17,443 nucleotides of DNA from a virus (taxonomy: Duplodnaviria > Heunggongvirae > Uroviricota > Caudoviricetes). Positions 1-8,808 of this stretch are shown here, piece by piece. The notes under the pieces were generated by a model, which ran no database searches, had not been told where the DNA came from, and was given only the letters and a program-made list of their open reading frames with translations. A program made the position numbers and the translations under genes. The stretch lies in the IMG/VR virus record IMGVR_UViG_645058767_000002. The stretch is one strand, 5' to 3'. Within the stretch, counting starts at the first letter, position 1. Each line of letters starts with the position of its first letter.

Positions 1-45
1 CTTCGCCGGCAGGCAGAGCCTGCCAGGGTTTTGCGCGCGGGCTGA

Positions 46-64
46 CAGGCGGCTAAACCGCCTG
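46..64 (-). terminator. GC-rich hairpin just downstream of ardA (possible terminator or processing site)
   Basis: CAGGCGG(46-52)-ctaaa-CCGCCTG(58-64), 10 nt past the ardA stop. There is no clear U-tract. Confidence 0.35.
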
Positions 65-74
65 CCGGGGAAAA

Positions 75-581
75 TCAGTTACCGAAGACATAACCGTCAT
101 GGAACACATAGCCGCTGCTGAACAAATCCCGGGCATACGCCTCAAAATCGAAGTAGCTGCGCAGCGGCTCCGGCACCTCATTTAACAGGCCGTTATCGTC
201 AACCATCTCCTGCGCATAGTCTTCCTCACTTTCCGCCTCGCCGCGGTATGCATCATCAAACGCGTCATAGTCACACTCGCCGGTATACTCCGCCCAGGCG
301 ATAAAAGCGGCTTCCCTGCCCTCTTCTTCGGCGCGTTTGTAAGCGGCGATAAAATCCCAGTCAATGGCGCTTTCAGAGACGAACTGCGACGGGATACCTT
401 CCTGGTCCTGGAACATAAATTCTGCGTCCCATTCATCGGCGTGCAGCGCCTGGCAGGCCTCGTAAAAATCCTCCCTGCCGTCAAACTCCGTCAGTTCAAA
501 CCATTTGCCAAAAATGCTGCCGCAGTTGTATTTGTGATACGTACCCACATAAACAGCCGGTGTGGTGGTCGTAGTGCGCAT
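75..581 (-). CDS. ardA: ArdA antirestriction protein (DNA mimic inhibiting type I R-M)
   Basis: 168 aa and very acidic. It has the N-terminal PAVYVGTYHKYNCGSIFGKW and C-terminal YFDFEAYARDLF motifs typical of ArdA. GGAGG RBS upstream; leading-region context. Confidence 0.93.
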   Translation of the reverse strand: MRTTTTTPAVYVGTYHKYNCGSIFGKWFELTEFDGREDFYEACQALHADEWDAEFMFQDQEGIPSQFVSESAIDWDFIAAYKRAEEEGREAAFIAWAEYTGECDYDAFDDAYRGEAESEEDYAQEMVDDNGLLNEVPEPLRSYFDFEAYARDLFSSGYVFHDGYVFGN

Positions 582-615
582 AAAAAATCCTCCATAGTCG
601 ATGTTGTCTGAGTTA

Positions 616-860
616 CGGCTTACGCCGTGCCGACACGACAGCCCGACAGGGAGCGAAAAATGCAGGGGCGATGCATGAAGCCGCAGCGCCGGTAAATAGC
701 GGAGAGGGTCTGGACGGTTAGCGAGCGAATATTGAGCGAGATAACGACGGGAAGAACCGCGACAGGCATTTAAACATACGGCGACCGGGTGAAAGCATCG
801 ACGTCAGTGAACCCTTGCATTTGCAGCGTTCGGGCTAGAGTAGAGGCACGGCGTAAGCCG
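616..860 (-). promoter_or_regulatory. Frpo/ssi-type single-stranded DNA promoter hairpin, copy 1 (upstream of ardA)
   Basis: Perfect 16-bp IR 616-631/845-860. Inner pairs: AGCCCGA 640-646/TCGGGCT 830-836, ATGCAG 660-665/TTGCAT 815-820, CGATG 669-673/CATCG 796-800. A -35-like TTGCAT (815-820) and a -10-like TAGAGT (836-841) lie on the distal arm, with the -10 opposite a mismatched segment. Confidence 0.8.
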
Positions 861-979
861 CAGACCGCTCGGGACGTTACTCACCGCGAAGCCGGAACAA
901 CGTGGAGGAAGAGCCGTAAAAGCGGAGCCGGCGACATCCTTCGTGGTAGATTCAGGGGGCCGCCGCCCCCTGCTGTTCG

Positions 980-1759
980 CTACACTGGCCGGATTGCTGA
1001 CAGGGCATTGCGGACAAGACTGATTTCTGCACGCGCTTCTGCCATGACCTCATGTAACAGGGTTAAATCCATCCACCGGCGCGGAGGCTCGCCCGGAATA
1101 CGCAGCACATCGCACATCTGGCCACATGCCAGGATTTGATCAACTTTGTCGCTGATAACAAAGAACTCGACGCTGCTGTAGCGTGCCCCTTTGTTCAGGA
1201 TGGCATCGAGCACCACCGGCAAATTGTCATCATCGTCCAGCCAGCAGGGCATATCATTTTCCTTCACAACCAGACGGAAATTTCGGGTCTGACGATAAAA
1301 CAGCGTTTCCCCGCGCGTGGTCAGCGCCGCCTTTATCCGGCGCGCATCCTCCCATACCTGCCGGGATACATCCCGCACGGCGCGGGACAGGCAATCCGTT
1401 ACAGCCTGAATCTCCGGCTCCGTCAGCCATTCCCCGGCCCAGGGGAACGCTATCTGTGTTCCGTCCTCCGGAAGCTGCGGCGCGTCGGCATAGCGGCTGC
1501 CGGATAAAATAATCTGCGCTGACGTCCCGGCTATTTTTGTCATGGCATTTTGCAGCTCTGCGGGTATGTCACCGCTACAAAGTAAAGGAAGCAGATGAAC
1601 AATATTTGCCGCATCCAGACGGACATAAATGCTTATCCATCCCGGTTTATTGACCGGATCACGCTGATCAACATCGGTATGGTCAGGCCATCCATAATCA
1701 GCAATCAAATCGCGCGCACGGCGCATCACAAGGGCGTTTAACGTGGTGGTTTCCTGCAT
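980..1759 (-). CDS. Conserved IncF leading-region hypothetical protein
   Basis: 259 aa ORF with an AGAGGA RBS. Segments YGWPDHTDVDQRDPVNKPGWISIYVRLDA and LPVVLDAILNKGARYSSVE resemble conserved F-like leading-region proteins (recognised from memory). Confidence 0.8.
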   Translation of the reverse strand: MQETTTLNALVMRRARDLIADYGWPDHTDVDQRDPVNKPGWISIYVRLDAANIVHLLPLLCSGDIPAELQNAMTKIAGTSAQIILSGSRYADAPQLPEDGTQIAFPWAGEWLTEPEIQAVTDCLSRAVRDVSRQVWEDARRIKAALTTRGETLFYRQTRNFRLVVKENDMPCWLDDDDNLPVVLDAILNKGARYSSVEFFVISDKVDQILACGQMCDVLRIPGEPPRRWMDLTLLHEVMAEARAEISLVRNALSAIRPV

Positions 1760-1785
1760 AATGGGTTCCTCTGAACGGGGTCAGT

Positions 1786-1807
1786 ACACGCCGCCCGGGC
1801 GGCGTGT
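1786..1807. repeat. Strong intergenic hairpin
   Basis: ACACGCCGCC(1786-1795)-cg-GGCGGCGTGT(1798-1807), between the DUF1380 stop and the next start. Confidence 0.55.
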
Positions 1808-1812
1808 TGATT

Positions 1813-2232
1813 TCATTTTTTCAGTAATGCGCGAACTTTCGCCGCATCAGCCAGGCGGCGGGTAACGCTTTCCGGGACCGGATGATTGCTGTCACGGGCG
1901 GTCCATTCCCTGTGCCATAACGCCTGTTCGGCAGTGGTTAGCAGGGTTTCAAGCAGATCCGCCGGCACCATCACCGCCGGAACTGCCTCTTTCACCTGTT
2001 CAATCAGATCCATCACTGCACCGGCAGACACGCCCGACTCAAGCTGTTGTTCTTCCGGTATGGCGTCCATACGCGCCAGTACCGCCCTTGTGTCCTGTTC
2101 CGAAACGGCATATTCCATTCCGTCGGCCAGTGCTTCGATATCCGCCGGGGACCAGACAATGAGGTTCAGCGGGGTTTCTGCGGGATACTGCTCACGCAAC
2201 AAGCGGCAGAGGGTTTCACAGGTTCCGTACAT
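1813..2232 (-). CDS. DUF1380 family protein
   Basis: MYGTCETLCR...EQALWHREWTARD...VTRR is typical of DUF1380. Start reset from 2304 to ATG 2232, which has an AAGGAG RBS (139 aa). Confidence 0.85.
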   Translation of the reverse strand: MYGTCETLCRLLREQYPAETPLNLIVWSPADIEALADGMEYAVSEQDTRAVLARMDAIPEEQQLESGVSAGAVMDLIEQVKEAVPAVMVPADLLETLLTTAEQALWHREWTARDSNHPVPESVTRRLADAAKVRALLKK

Positions 2233-2242
2233 GTTTTTCTCC

Positions 2243-2464
2243 TTAGTCCTTAAAGCAGGCATCCAGCTCAAGCATTTCGTTGTATGCCGCCATAAACAGG
2301 GCATTGATGCGAAAAAGGGTCTGACGGGTCAGGCGTTCGACCAGCACATCAGAGTCAAAGCGATAGCGGTGCTCCATCCCGTTCAGCGTCGCCCGCAGGT
2401 CACACATGCTGTTGGCTACTTCCGCCACTTCTGCGCGGAGTTTTTCGTGTCCTGCATAGTTCAT
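2243..2464 (-). CDS. Conserved small leading-region protein
   Basis: 73 aa MNYAGHEKLRAEVAEVAN...LELDACFKD. Start overlaps the methylase stop (coupled). This is the usual position in IncF leading regions. Confidence 0.8.
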   Translation of the reverse strand: MNYAGHEKLRAEVAEVANSMCDLRATLNGMEHRYRFDSDVLVERLTRQTLFRINALFMAAYNEMLELDACFKD

Positions 2465-3141
2465 TACGCGGCCTCCGGGAACTCGTCGTTAGCGGCCGGG
2501 TACTGCATGGCGCGCCGGACGGCGGCCAGACGCTGCTGTCCGGCCCGGTGATACTGCTCAAGCAATTCAATACCGATGTAACGACGGCCAGCCTGGAGGG
2601 CGGCCACGCAGGTGGAGCCACTGCCGGCAAAGGGGTCGAGCACAATCGCGCCGGGATGTGTGAAGGACTCAATCAGCGGTTGCAGGCTGGTTACGGGTTT
2701 TTCGGTCGGGTGGTGCCGGTTGCCTGAATATTTCCACGCAATTACGTCATTCAACGGGTTTTGCGGCAGGGGCGGACGGCCTTTTGCAAGGATGTAGGCG
2801 CATTCGTGGCGATAGCCCACATATGCGGCCTTCGATGTGTAGGTTTTGGTAAACACCAGGTGGCCGACAACGCTGAATCCCGCATTTTTCCAGGCGGCCA
2901 TAAAGCGATCGACGCGGTTCCAGCCGTAGAAGCTCACCATCAGCGCGTCTTTTTTCAGCACGCGATACATCTCATGGCAGGCGGGTTGCAGCCATTCATC
3001 GGTTTTATCGCCGGCGATGGTACGCCCCTGACGGTCACGAAAACCGACGAGATATGGCGGGTCGGTGAGAATGAAATCGACAGCATTATCCGGAAAGCCG
3101 GACATGATATGGACGCAATTACCCTGGATAAATCGGGACAT
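2464..3141 (-). CDS. Orphan DNA methyltransferase, N6/N4 (beta class)
   Basis: 225 aa. Catalytic DPPY motif is N-terminal; HPTEKP and SAM-binding VLDPFAGSGST are C-terminal. AGGAG RBS; no cognate restriction gene nearby. Confidence 0.92.
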   Translation of the reverse strand: MSRFIQGNCVHIMSGFPDNAVDFILTDPPYLVGFRDRQGRTIAGDKTDEWLQPACHEMYRVLKKDALMVSFYGWNRVDRFMAAWKNAGFSVVGHLVFTKTYTSKAAYVGYRHECAYILAKGRPPLPQNPLNDVIAWKYSGNRHHPTEKPVTSLQPLIESFTHPGAIVLDPFAGSGSTCVAALQAGRRYIGIELLEQYHRAGQQRLAAVRRAMQYPAANDEFPEAA

Positions 3142-3174
3142 GGTAGTTCTCCTTTCTCAAATGCGGCGCCAGTT

Positions 3175-3408
3175 ACGCCGTGCCGATACGACAGCCGGGC
3201 GAAAAGCGGAGAATGCAGGGGCGGTGCCGCAAGCCGCAGCGCAGTGAAAAAGCCCACGCTGGCTGGACGGTTTGACGGCGAAAATTGAGACGGAAAACGA
3301 CGGGAAGACAGCGGGTAAAGCCTTTGAAATAAACTGCGACCGGGTGAGGACACCGGCAGAGCGAACCCTTGCATTCGCAGCGGCCCGGCTACAGTAGCGG
3401 CACGGCGT
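3175..3408 (-). promoter_or_regulatory. Frpo/ssi-type single-stranded DNA promoter hairpin, copy 2 (upstream of methylase operon)
   Basis: 11-bp IR 3175-3185/3398-3408, plus AGCCGGGC 3193-3200/GCCCGGCT 3383-3390. TTGCAT at 3369-3374 and TACAGT at 3390-3395. Clearly homologous to copy 1, with compensatory changes. Confidence 0.8.
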
Positions 3409-3641
3409 TCACAGCAGAGCGATATGAATGAGGAGCGCAGCGACATCGTATTTTCATCGTTGCTGTCCACAATTTCGGTGGGCAATCCTGTGTATAAAAT
3501 GAGGGTATTCCGCGCAGGTCGCTACCAGCACGGATGACAGCGCGCCTGACAAAACGGTCATCTTTTAACCACACTACGCAGACTTCACTTTTTCTGGTGT
3601 GGTATGTTGATGCTGAATGTACACAACCGGAGCGGAGAAAG

Positions 3642-3842
3642 ATGGACAGAGAAATGCTGGCAGAGTGGCTGCGGGATATTGCCCGACATATAGAAGAGGA
3701 AAGTCCACTGATTCGTGATGTCAGTGTGGATGATGCCCTTTCAGAGGAGGGGCTGGCCAGAAAGATCATCACTATCACGTTCAATGCGCCTGGTCGTGCC
3801 CCACAGCCTGAAGAAGATGTTAGCAGCATCCCCCGACACTAA
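3642..3842 (+). CDS. Small hypothetical protein (66 aa, MDREMLAEWL...)
   Basis: GGAG RBS 4 nt before ATG 3642, within the listed 3534-3842 ORF. Acidic and amphipathic sequence; no family recognised. Confidence 0.45.
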   Translation: MDREMLAEWLRDIARHIEEESPLIRDVSVDDALSEEGLARKIITITFNAPGRAPQPEEDVSSIPRH

Positions 3843-4003
3843 AACAGCATTAAGATGTTAGCCTCGAAAATTGAGTAATTGCCTGATCAAGAGACAGGAG
3901 AAGAGCAAGACTCCGCTGTACGGGTAACTCGACATGATGCAAACGCTGAATACCCGAGTATTGCATATATAATTCGCGGGTATTCCATTCATTTACAAAT
4001 ACG

Positions 4004-5401
4004 TTATTCGTTTTCTTCAGCTTCCTTTTCATCATCACGTCTGAGGCGAGCTACGCTGCGTTCCACCGTGCTGAGGGGATTGTATACCCCTCTAACTGCA
4101 GCTGTTCTGGTACTTGCTGTATGGGCGCTATACTGCCGATCAAAATCCAGAACTATTCCGCACTTCTCTGCCTGCATTCTGACAAAGCCTCTGATCATGT
4201 TTTCCCTGAACCGAAACCATCCTGGCCGGACACCATCCTTCCCGACAAGCGCATGGCACAGAATAGATCCGTGATTCTCTTTACGAAGCCGAGCAAAACG
4301 ACTGTCGAAGTTTTTCTGCGTCAGAGGTTCAATGTCGAGGTACTTCATCACCTGGATATAGGAGGTAATGATGTGGTCTTTCATTCTGTTGAGGTCTGCA
4401 CCTTCAGCCATCGCCCAAAGAATGTGATGCATATGCTCATCTCGGCAGGTAGCTGCCTCATAACATGATCTGAGCGTTTCCTCAGCAGACAATACAGCTG
4501 CATCGAGCGAAGCTAGAAATAGATCACGTGTAACTGTGCTAACGACTTCATCTGCCATGTAACACTCATGAAGGAGCTTGCTGCACATGAGATGGACATA
4601 GTAGGGAAATCCATCACTCAACGCGCATATACGGTCTGCGATATCATCAGGGATATTAATATCAAAATATCTAAATGCACTTTCAACGATACGCTGACGA
4701 CCTGTCCAGTGCAGACGTTCAAGATCAACCTGCTCAATCTGTCTCTGACTGGACAGATGTCCGCCAATCAAATCAGATACCGACTGCCCAATCCCGGTGA
4801 AGATGATACGAACGGGTACATCCCCATCGCTTAACTGCTTGAGCAAAACACCAAAGCGGGCACGCTGCTCCTCGCTACGGATCAGGTCAAATTCATCAAT
4901 AACAATAACCGTGTTATCCGAATAGCGTTCCGTCAGATAGTTCAGGGCTTCAACAGCACTGGCCATATTAACGACTGAACGAACGCGAGAAGTTTCACGC
5001 TCTTCAACACGGGCTTCGGCTTTTAAAACAGGAATATTGAGACCAAAAGTTGCAGACGTTTTGTACCGGTCTACCGGCATGCGCATCATTCCTTGGCTAA
5101 TAACCGATTCGATGACTGTTTCCAGGGTCGAGTCATGGTCACAACTGACGGTAATAGGACGGTTATCCGAAGACTGGATAAGCGAAGCGGCTGTGTGGGC
5201 GAGGGAGGTTTTACCTACTCCGCGATCGCCATAAATGAACACATGTCGGCCCGGTGAATGAAGTGCCAGTTGTATCGTCTCCAACTGCTTATCCCGCCCA
5301 AAAAGCTTTTCAGGTGTACGCACTGGCACACTGAGAGTAAGCACTTCATTGAGCCGGGTGGCAAAAGTTGGTAAATCGCAACCTGCAATAGCCATGTCCA
5401 T
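4004..5401 (-). CDS. P-loop AAA ATPase, STAND/Cdc6-like (AAA_16-type) with probable C-terminal winged helix
   Basis: LFGRDKQLE (hhGRxxE), Walker A GDRGVGKT, Walker B VIVIDEFD, and GFPYYVHL (GxP). GGAG RBS; start may be 5395. Perfect TATAAT on the minus strand at 5429-5434. Confidence 0.8.
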   Translation of the reverse strand: MDMAIAGCDLPTFATRLNEVLTLSVPVRTPEKLFGRDKQLETIQLALHSPGRHVFIYGDRGVGKTSLAHTAASLIQSSDNRPITVSCDHDSTLETVIESVISQGMMRMPVDRYKTSATFGLNIPVLKAEARVEERETSRVRSVVNMASAVEALNYLTERYSDNTVIVIDEFDLIRSEEQRARFGVLLKQLSDGDVPVRIIFTGIGQSVSDLIGGHLSSQRQIEQVDLERLHWTGRQRIVESAFRYFDINIPDDIADRICALSDGFPYYVHLMCSKLLHECYMADEVVSTVTRDLFLASLDAAVLSAEETLRSCYEAATCRDEHMHHILWAMAEGADLNRMKDHIITSYIQVMKYLDIEPLTQKNFDSRFARLRKENHGSILCHALVGKDGVRPGWFRFRENMIRGFVRMQAEKCGIVLDFDRQYSAHTASTRTAAVRGVYNPLSTVERSVARLRRDDEKEAEENE

Positions 5402-5655
5402 TCACTCCGAGAAGATGATTTAGGGGCTATTATACTGATTTCCTGAAAGCGAGTGCATGGCAACGCAGTGTAAATGGAGAAAGTAAATTACATAAGTTGG
5501 AACAGATGAGATACATGGATATTCATGTCTGGGAAAAGTGTGGTTTGCTGGAAGGGGTAGCGTCTGAATGGCATATAAAACGGGAGATGCTTTCGCCTGC
5601 CTATACAACTCGCTGGTCTGAACTGCCAATAGCGAAATTATGAGTCACGAAGAGG

Positions 5656-5739
5656 TTGAAAAGCGTGGTGATTTCAGTGTGAAAGAATTTTCAATTTTCC
5701 TTTATAATCAAACAAATAACCATGAAATTGGCGTGGTGA
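5656..5739 (-). promoter_or_regulatory. parS centromere, P1/P7 family
   Basis: Minus strand reads TCACCA(box B)-cgcca-ATTTCAT(box A). An AT-rich IHF-like core follows (plus strand AATCAAacaaATA 5706-5718), then CTTTCAC-ac-TGAAAT/TCACCA-cgc-TTTTCAA. This is the P1 parS layout, directly downstream of parB. Confidence 0.85.
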
Positions 5740-5748
5740 AAAACATAC

Positions 5749-5774
5749 AAAAAAGGATGCTCTTCGGCATCCTT
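5749..5774 (-). terminator. Rho-independent terminator of parAB
   Basis: Minus strand AAGGATGC-cgaaga-GCATCCTT-TTTT, 5 nt after the parB stop. Confidence 0.8.
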
Positions 5775-5779
5775 ATCCC

Positions 5780-6751
5780 TTACTCACCTGATTCTGGAAG
5801 TCTTTCCAGAATACGTTTTATTGCCTTATCAATCTCCGACTGTGCCTCAGCGGAAATACGGGAAAACTCATAAACAACAAGTCGCTTCTTTGGATCAGTT
5901 TTCTTTCTGGCAAACTGATTACGATCTGAAAATTCTCTCAGCTTCTCTGTTTGAACCGTTCTAGTTGGGAGGGCTGTCAGCAATTTGCTCTCCGACCGGA
6001 TAACCGCAAGAATTTTGCTTTTATCAATTGCCGGATAATCTGGCATGGTCTTCAACCGATGCTGAACTTTTTCCATCAGCTCTGTTACCGATGTTTGCTT
6101 GTTGTTTGCTTCTTCGGCCAGTTTCAGTAAAAACTGATAATCTGACAACGAAATATCATTTATCACCGGGAACACTGCAACCATTTCGTCTGGCACTGCT
6201 GCGGCCTGAAACGCACGTGTCACTTTCGCCGGAGAGAGATTTTCTTTCAACGCAATATCTTCTTTCGTCATGCTGGTTCCGTAGGTAACTTCGAGTCGCT
6301 TCCCCAGCTCGCGAAGACTATGTTCTCTGGCAGTCTGGATATCTTTCGCCAACTGCCGTGCATCGGCGAGTGAGATATCATCTTTTGTTACCAGAATTTC
6401 GAATTTAACGTTATTAAAGATGCAGGCAGCACGACGTCGGGTTCCATCTAATATCTCAATTAGTCCATTAACCTCCCGACCAATAGCCGGAAAGAACTGC
6501 TGCAGCTTTATCGTCCGGGAAATATCACTGACGGACTCGCGCGTAAGCATTGTCTGATCACGTCCATTAACCGAAGCATCAACGAACGTTTTTGATTCAA
6601 CTTCTCCGCTTAACACAACTGTTTTGACAAACCTAGCCTGCACGCCTGATTTAAGGGTAAATGTTTTAACATCACCGTCGCCTTCGAGCATTCTAGCGAA
6701 CTCTGAATTACTATTTCCCAGAACCCGACCACGAGCTATAACCTGTTTCAT
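5780..6751 (-). CDS. parB: ParB partition protein, P1/P7 family
   Basis: 323 aa. FFPAIGRE and EILDGTRRRAA (ParB box, GxRR variant), HTH region, C-terminal LVVYEFSRIS. Overlaps the parA stop (ATGA). Confidence 0.95.
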   Translation of the reverse strand: MKQVIARGRVLGNSNSEFARMLEGDGDVKTFTLKSGVQARFVKTVVLSGEVESKTFVDASVNGRDQTMLTRESVSDISRTIKLQQFFPAIGREVNGLIEILDGTRRRAACIFNNVKFEILVTKDDISLADARQLAKDIQTAREHSLRELGKRLEVTYGTSMTKEDIALKENLSPAKVTRAFQAAAVPDEMVAVFPVINDISLSDYQFLLKLAEEANNKQTSVTELMEKVQHRLKTMPDYPAIDKSKILAVIRSESKLLTALPTRTVQTEKLREFSDRNQFARKKTDPKKRLVVYEFSRISAEAQSEIDKAIKRILERLPESGE

Positions 6752-7953
6752 TTTGACGCTCCCCTGATATATTCAATTCGGTCAAATACGGCCTTAGTAA
6801 ACCGTTCAGCTTCAGTACGTGCCTTTTTCAATGCCTCTGCACTTCCCGGGTACGAAACAGGGTTAGCACTAATGATGGTGTCAAAAGACTCACCACATCG
6901 TTCGAATCCGTCCAACCTCGGGAGCGATGAGTCTAGGATGTTACTCGCATACACCTCACGAGCCAGACTATGGGACGTTTCGTGATCGCGCTTACTGGTC
7001 ATTTTTGACATAAATCCAATACTTGCACTCAGGCGTGGCTCTACACCTTCTTCTTCAAGACGCTCAAGCATTTCTGGCAAACGAGTCAGATACTTAAGGG
7101 TTGAATGGAAATCAACCTGTGCCGGAGGGGTAGGGGTCAAAAGCAAATCACTCGCAGCTAAGCCATTCAGAAGGAATGGATCAAGATGAGGGCCAGTATC
7201 AATAAAGACAAAATCATAATCACCAGCGATACGGTCAATGATTGTTTTTCTGAGAACTTCAGAAGGTTTAAGACCAGGTAAATGTTCTGCTACCAGAGAC
7301 TCCCACTGGCTCGCCACGAAACCATCATCAATAGAAGCAGGTATAACATCAACACCTGGAATAATAGTCGGCCGTATAACCGCTTCTCGCAACGTTTCAG
7401 CATCCAGATCATTCAGCATTGCCTGAGCGGCGGTTTCAAGGACTGTGCCGATGCTGTGGGTGTGATCCAGAAACATGGTGCTGGATGCCTGCGGGTCGAG
7501 GTCTATAACCAAAATACGAAGATCATGGCGAAGCAAATCCTGATGTACACGTAATGCATGTGCCAGCGTTACTGTACTGACTGTTTTTGATACCCCACCT
7601 TTTAGGTTGACGACAAAAATTACGTAAGGTGCTTTATGAATATCACGGTACTTAGGTATCTGTCGGTGAGCATATATATCAATAACGTTCTGAATTGTTA
7701 GTGCATATTGCTCGACGTTGCCAACCTGCTTTTTATTAAATTCATAGCCGCTTTCTTCCATTTCTTTAACGGCCAGCTCTACGATGCGTCGGCTCAGCTT
7801 AGGCAATTTTGCGACCGCATTACGAGTATATGTTTGATGATATTCTGTCAGATTGAATTCTTTTCTTTGTTCCTCAATATCCCGACTCATTGCCTGAAGT
7901 AGAGCACTTGCTCTGAGCGCTATGGTACCGACACTACCGTAATCTCGTTTCAT
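6748..7953 (-). CDS. parA: ParA partition ATPase, type Ia
   Basis: Deviant Walker A NLKGGVSKT, DLDPQAS, IDTGP, and an N-terminal wHTH extension. Start reset to ATG 7953 (AGGGGA RBS), giving 401 aa. Confidence 0.95.
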   Translation of the reverse strand: MKRDYGSVGTIALRASALLQAMSRDIEEQRKEFNLTEYHQTYTRNAVAKLPKLSRRIVELAVKEMEESGYEFNKKQVGNVEQYALTIQNVIDIYAHRQIPKYRDIHKAPYVIFVVNLKGGVSKTVSTVTLAHALRVHQDLLRHDLRILVIDLDPQASSTMFLDHTHSIGTVLETAAQAMLNDLDAETLREAVIRPTIIPGVDVIPASIDDGFVASQWESLVAEHLPGLKPSEVLRKTIIDRIAGDYDFVFIDTGPHLDPFLLNGLAASDLLLTPTPPAQVDFHSTLKYLTRLPEMLERLEEEGVEPRLSASIGFMSKMTSKRDHETSHSLAREVYASNILDSSLPRLDGFERCGESFDTIISANPVSYPGSAEALKKARTEAERFTKAVFDRIEYIRGASK

Positions 7954-8007
7954 AGTTTCCCCTGAGATAGATTCCCTGCCCATATATTGCCTATAAAGTT
8001 CAATCAC

Positions 8008-8035
8008 ATTGTACATACACACAAAAAATGTACAA
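8008..8035 (-). promoter_or_regulatory. parA promoter with overlapping operator palindrome
   Basis: Minus strand TTGTAC(8035-8030)-16 nt-TACAAT(8013-8008). The IR TTGTACAT 8009-8016/ATGTACAA 8028-8035 covers both hexamers. Confidence 0.6.
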
Positions 8036-8198
8036 CATATTTTGTATTGTCATTAAATTATTGTACGTATCCAACCATCATTCACATCAAACCGCGCAGT
8101 TAGACATCGTTTCTGAGCAGGCGAGGGGGTGGAGGGTATGGTGGTAACAAGTAATCACTACACAGCTAGGACATTCAGGTCATTCTGTCCAGAAATTG

Positions 8199-8228
8199 TT
8201 GCAACAAGACCAAATATAGACTATATTT
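8199..8228 (+). promoter_or_regulatory. TA operon promoter with operator palindrome
   Basis: TTGCAA(8199-8204)-17 nt-TATATT(8222-8227). The perfect IR AAATATAG-a-CTATATTT (8212-8228) overlaps the -10. Confidence 0.7.
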
Positions 8229-8254
8229 AAACCTCTTTGTTATGTGAGGTTGTT

Positions 8255-8482
8255 ATGAAAATTGAAACCATTAGCTATGTGAAAAAAAACGCAGCGTCAC
8301 TCGATCTGGAAGAACCAATTCTTGTTACTCAAAATGGGGTTCCGGCATATGTTATTGAGTCATACGACGCGCAACAGGAGCGACAGAACGCGATTGCACT
8401 ACTGAAGTTGCTGACGCTTTCAGAGCAAGATAAGGCAGACGGCAATATTTTCAGTAAAGAACAACTACTGGCGGGTCTGTAA
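8255..8482 (+). CDS. Phd/YefM-family antitoxin (PfiA-like)
   Basis: 75 aa from ATG 8255 (GAGG RBS). ETISYVKKNA...EPILVTQNGVPAYVIESY is a Phd/YefM fold signature. Stop overlaps the toxin start (TAATG). Confidence 0.88.
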   Translation: MKIETISYVKKNAASLDLEEPILVTQNGVPAYVIESYDAQQERQNAIALLKLLTLSEQDKADGNIFSKEQLLAGL

Positions 8483-8808
8483 TGGCGATTGTTATTCAGT
8501 ACACCAGAACTGTCAAAACCTGCATTGATGATATTGCGAGCCACTTACGTCATATCGAGTCAGAACCAAAGGAAGTGATCAGCGGCATCATTGAGCACTT
8601 CGAAAAACGAGTCAGTGATTTTCCACTTGGGTGTCAGGTCTGCCCGGAGTTACTCAAGATAGGTTGTGCTAAATATCGTGAGTGCAACACCCCTGACGGC
8701 TACAGAGTATTGTACTCAGTGGAGGATAATGTAATAACAGCACACGCAATACTATCCCACAGGCAGGATATACAAAACCTTCTCTTTAAACGCCTAATTA
8801 GAATTTGA
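8482..8808 (+). CDS. RelE/ParE-family toxin (PfiT-like)
   Basis: 108 aa coupled to the antitoxin. YRE...GYRVLYSV...AILSHRQD pattern of the ParE/RelE fold. Confidence 0.85.
   Translation: MAIVIQYTRTVKTCIDDIASHLRHIESEPKEVISGIIEHFEKRVSDFPLGCQVCPELLKIGCAKYRECNTPDGYRVLYSVEDNVITAHAILSHRQDIQNLLFKRLIRI

Noticed and set aside
789-3829. Many alternative-frame and antisense ORFs (789-1139, 1136-1507, 1886-2551, 2761-3288, 2955-3485, 3389-3829)
   Set aside because: They are shadows of GC-rich genes or of the Frpo hairpins, with no RBS or motifs.
5640-5873. 77-aa plus-strand ORF
   Set aside because: It runs across parS, the terminator and antisense parB, and has no recognisable protein features.
7954-8022. 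Longer parA start given by the ORF track
   Set aside because: It overlaps the predicted promoter, and the RBS supports ATG 7953.
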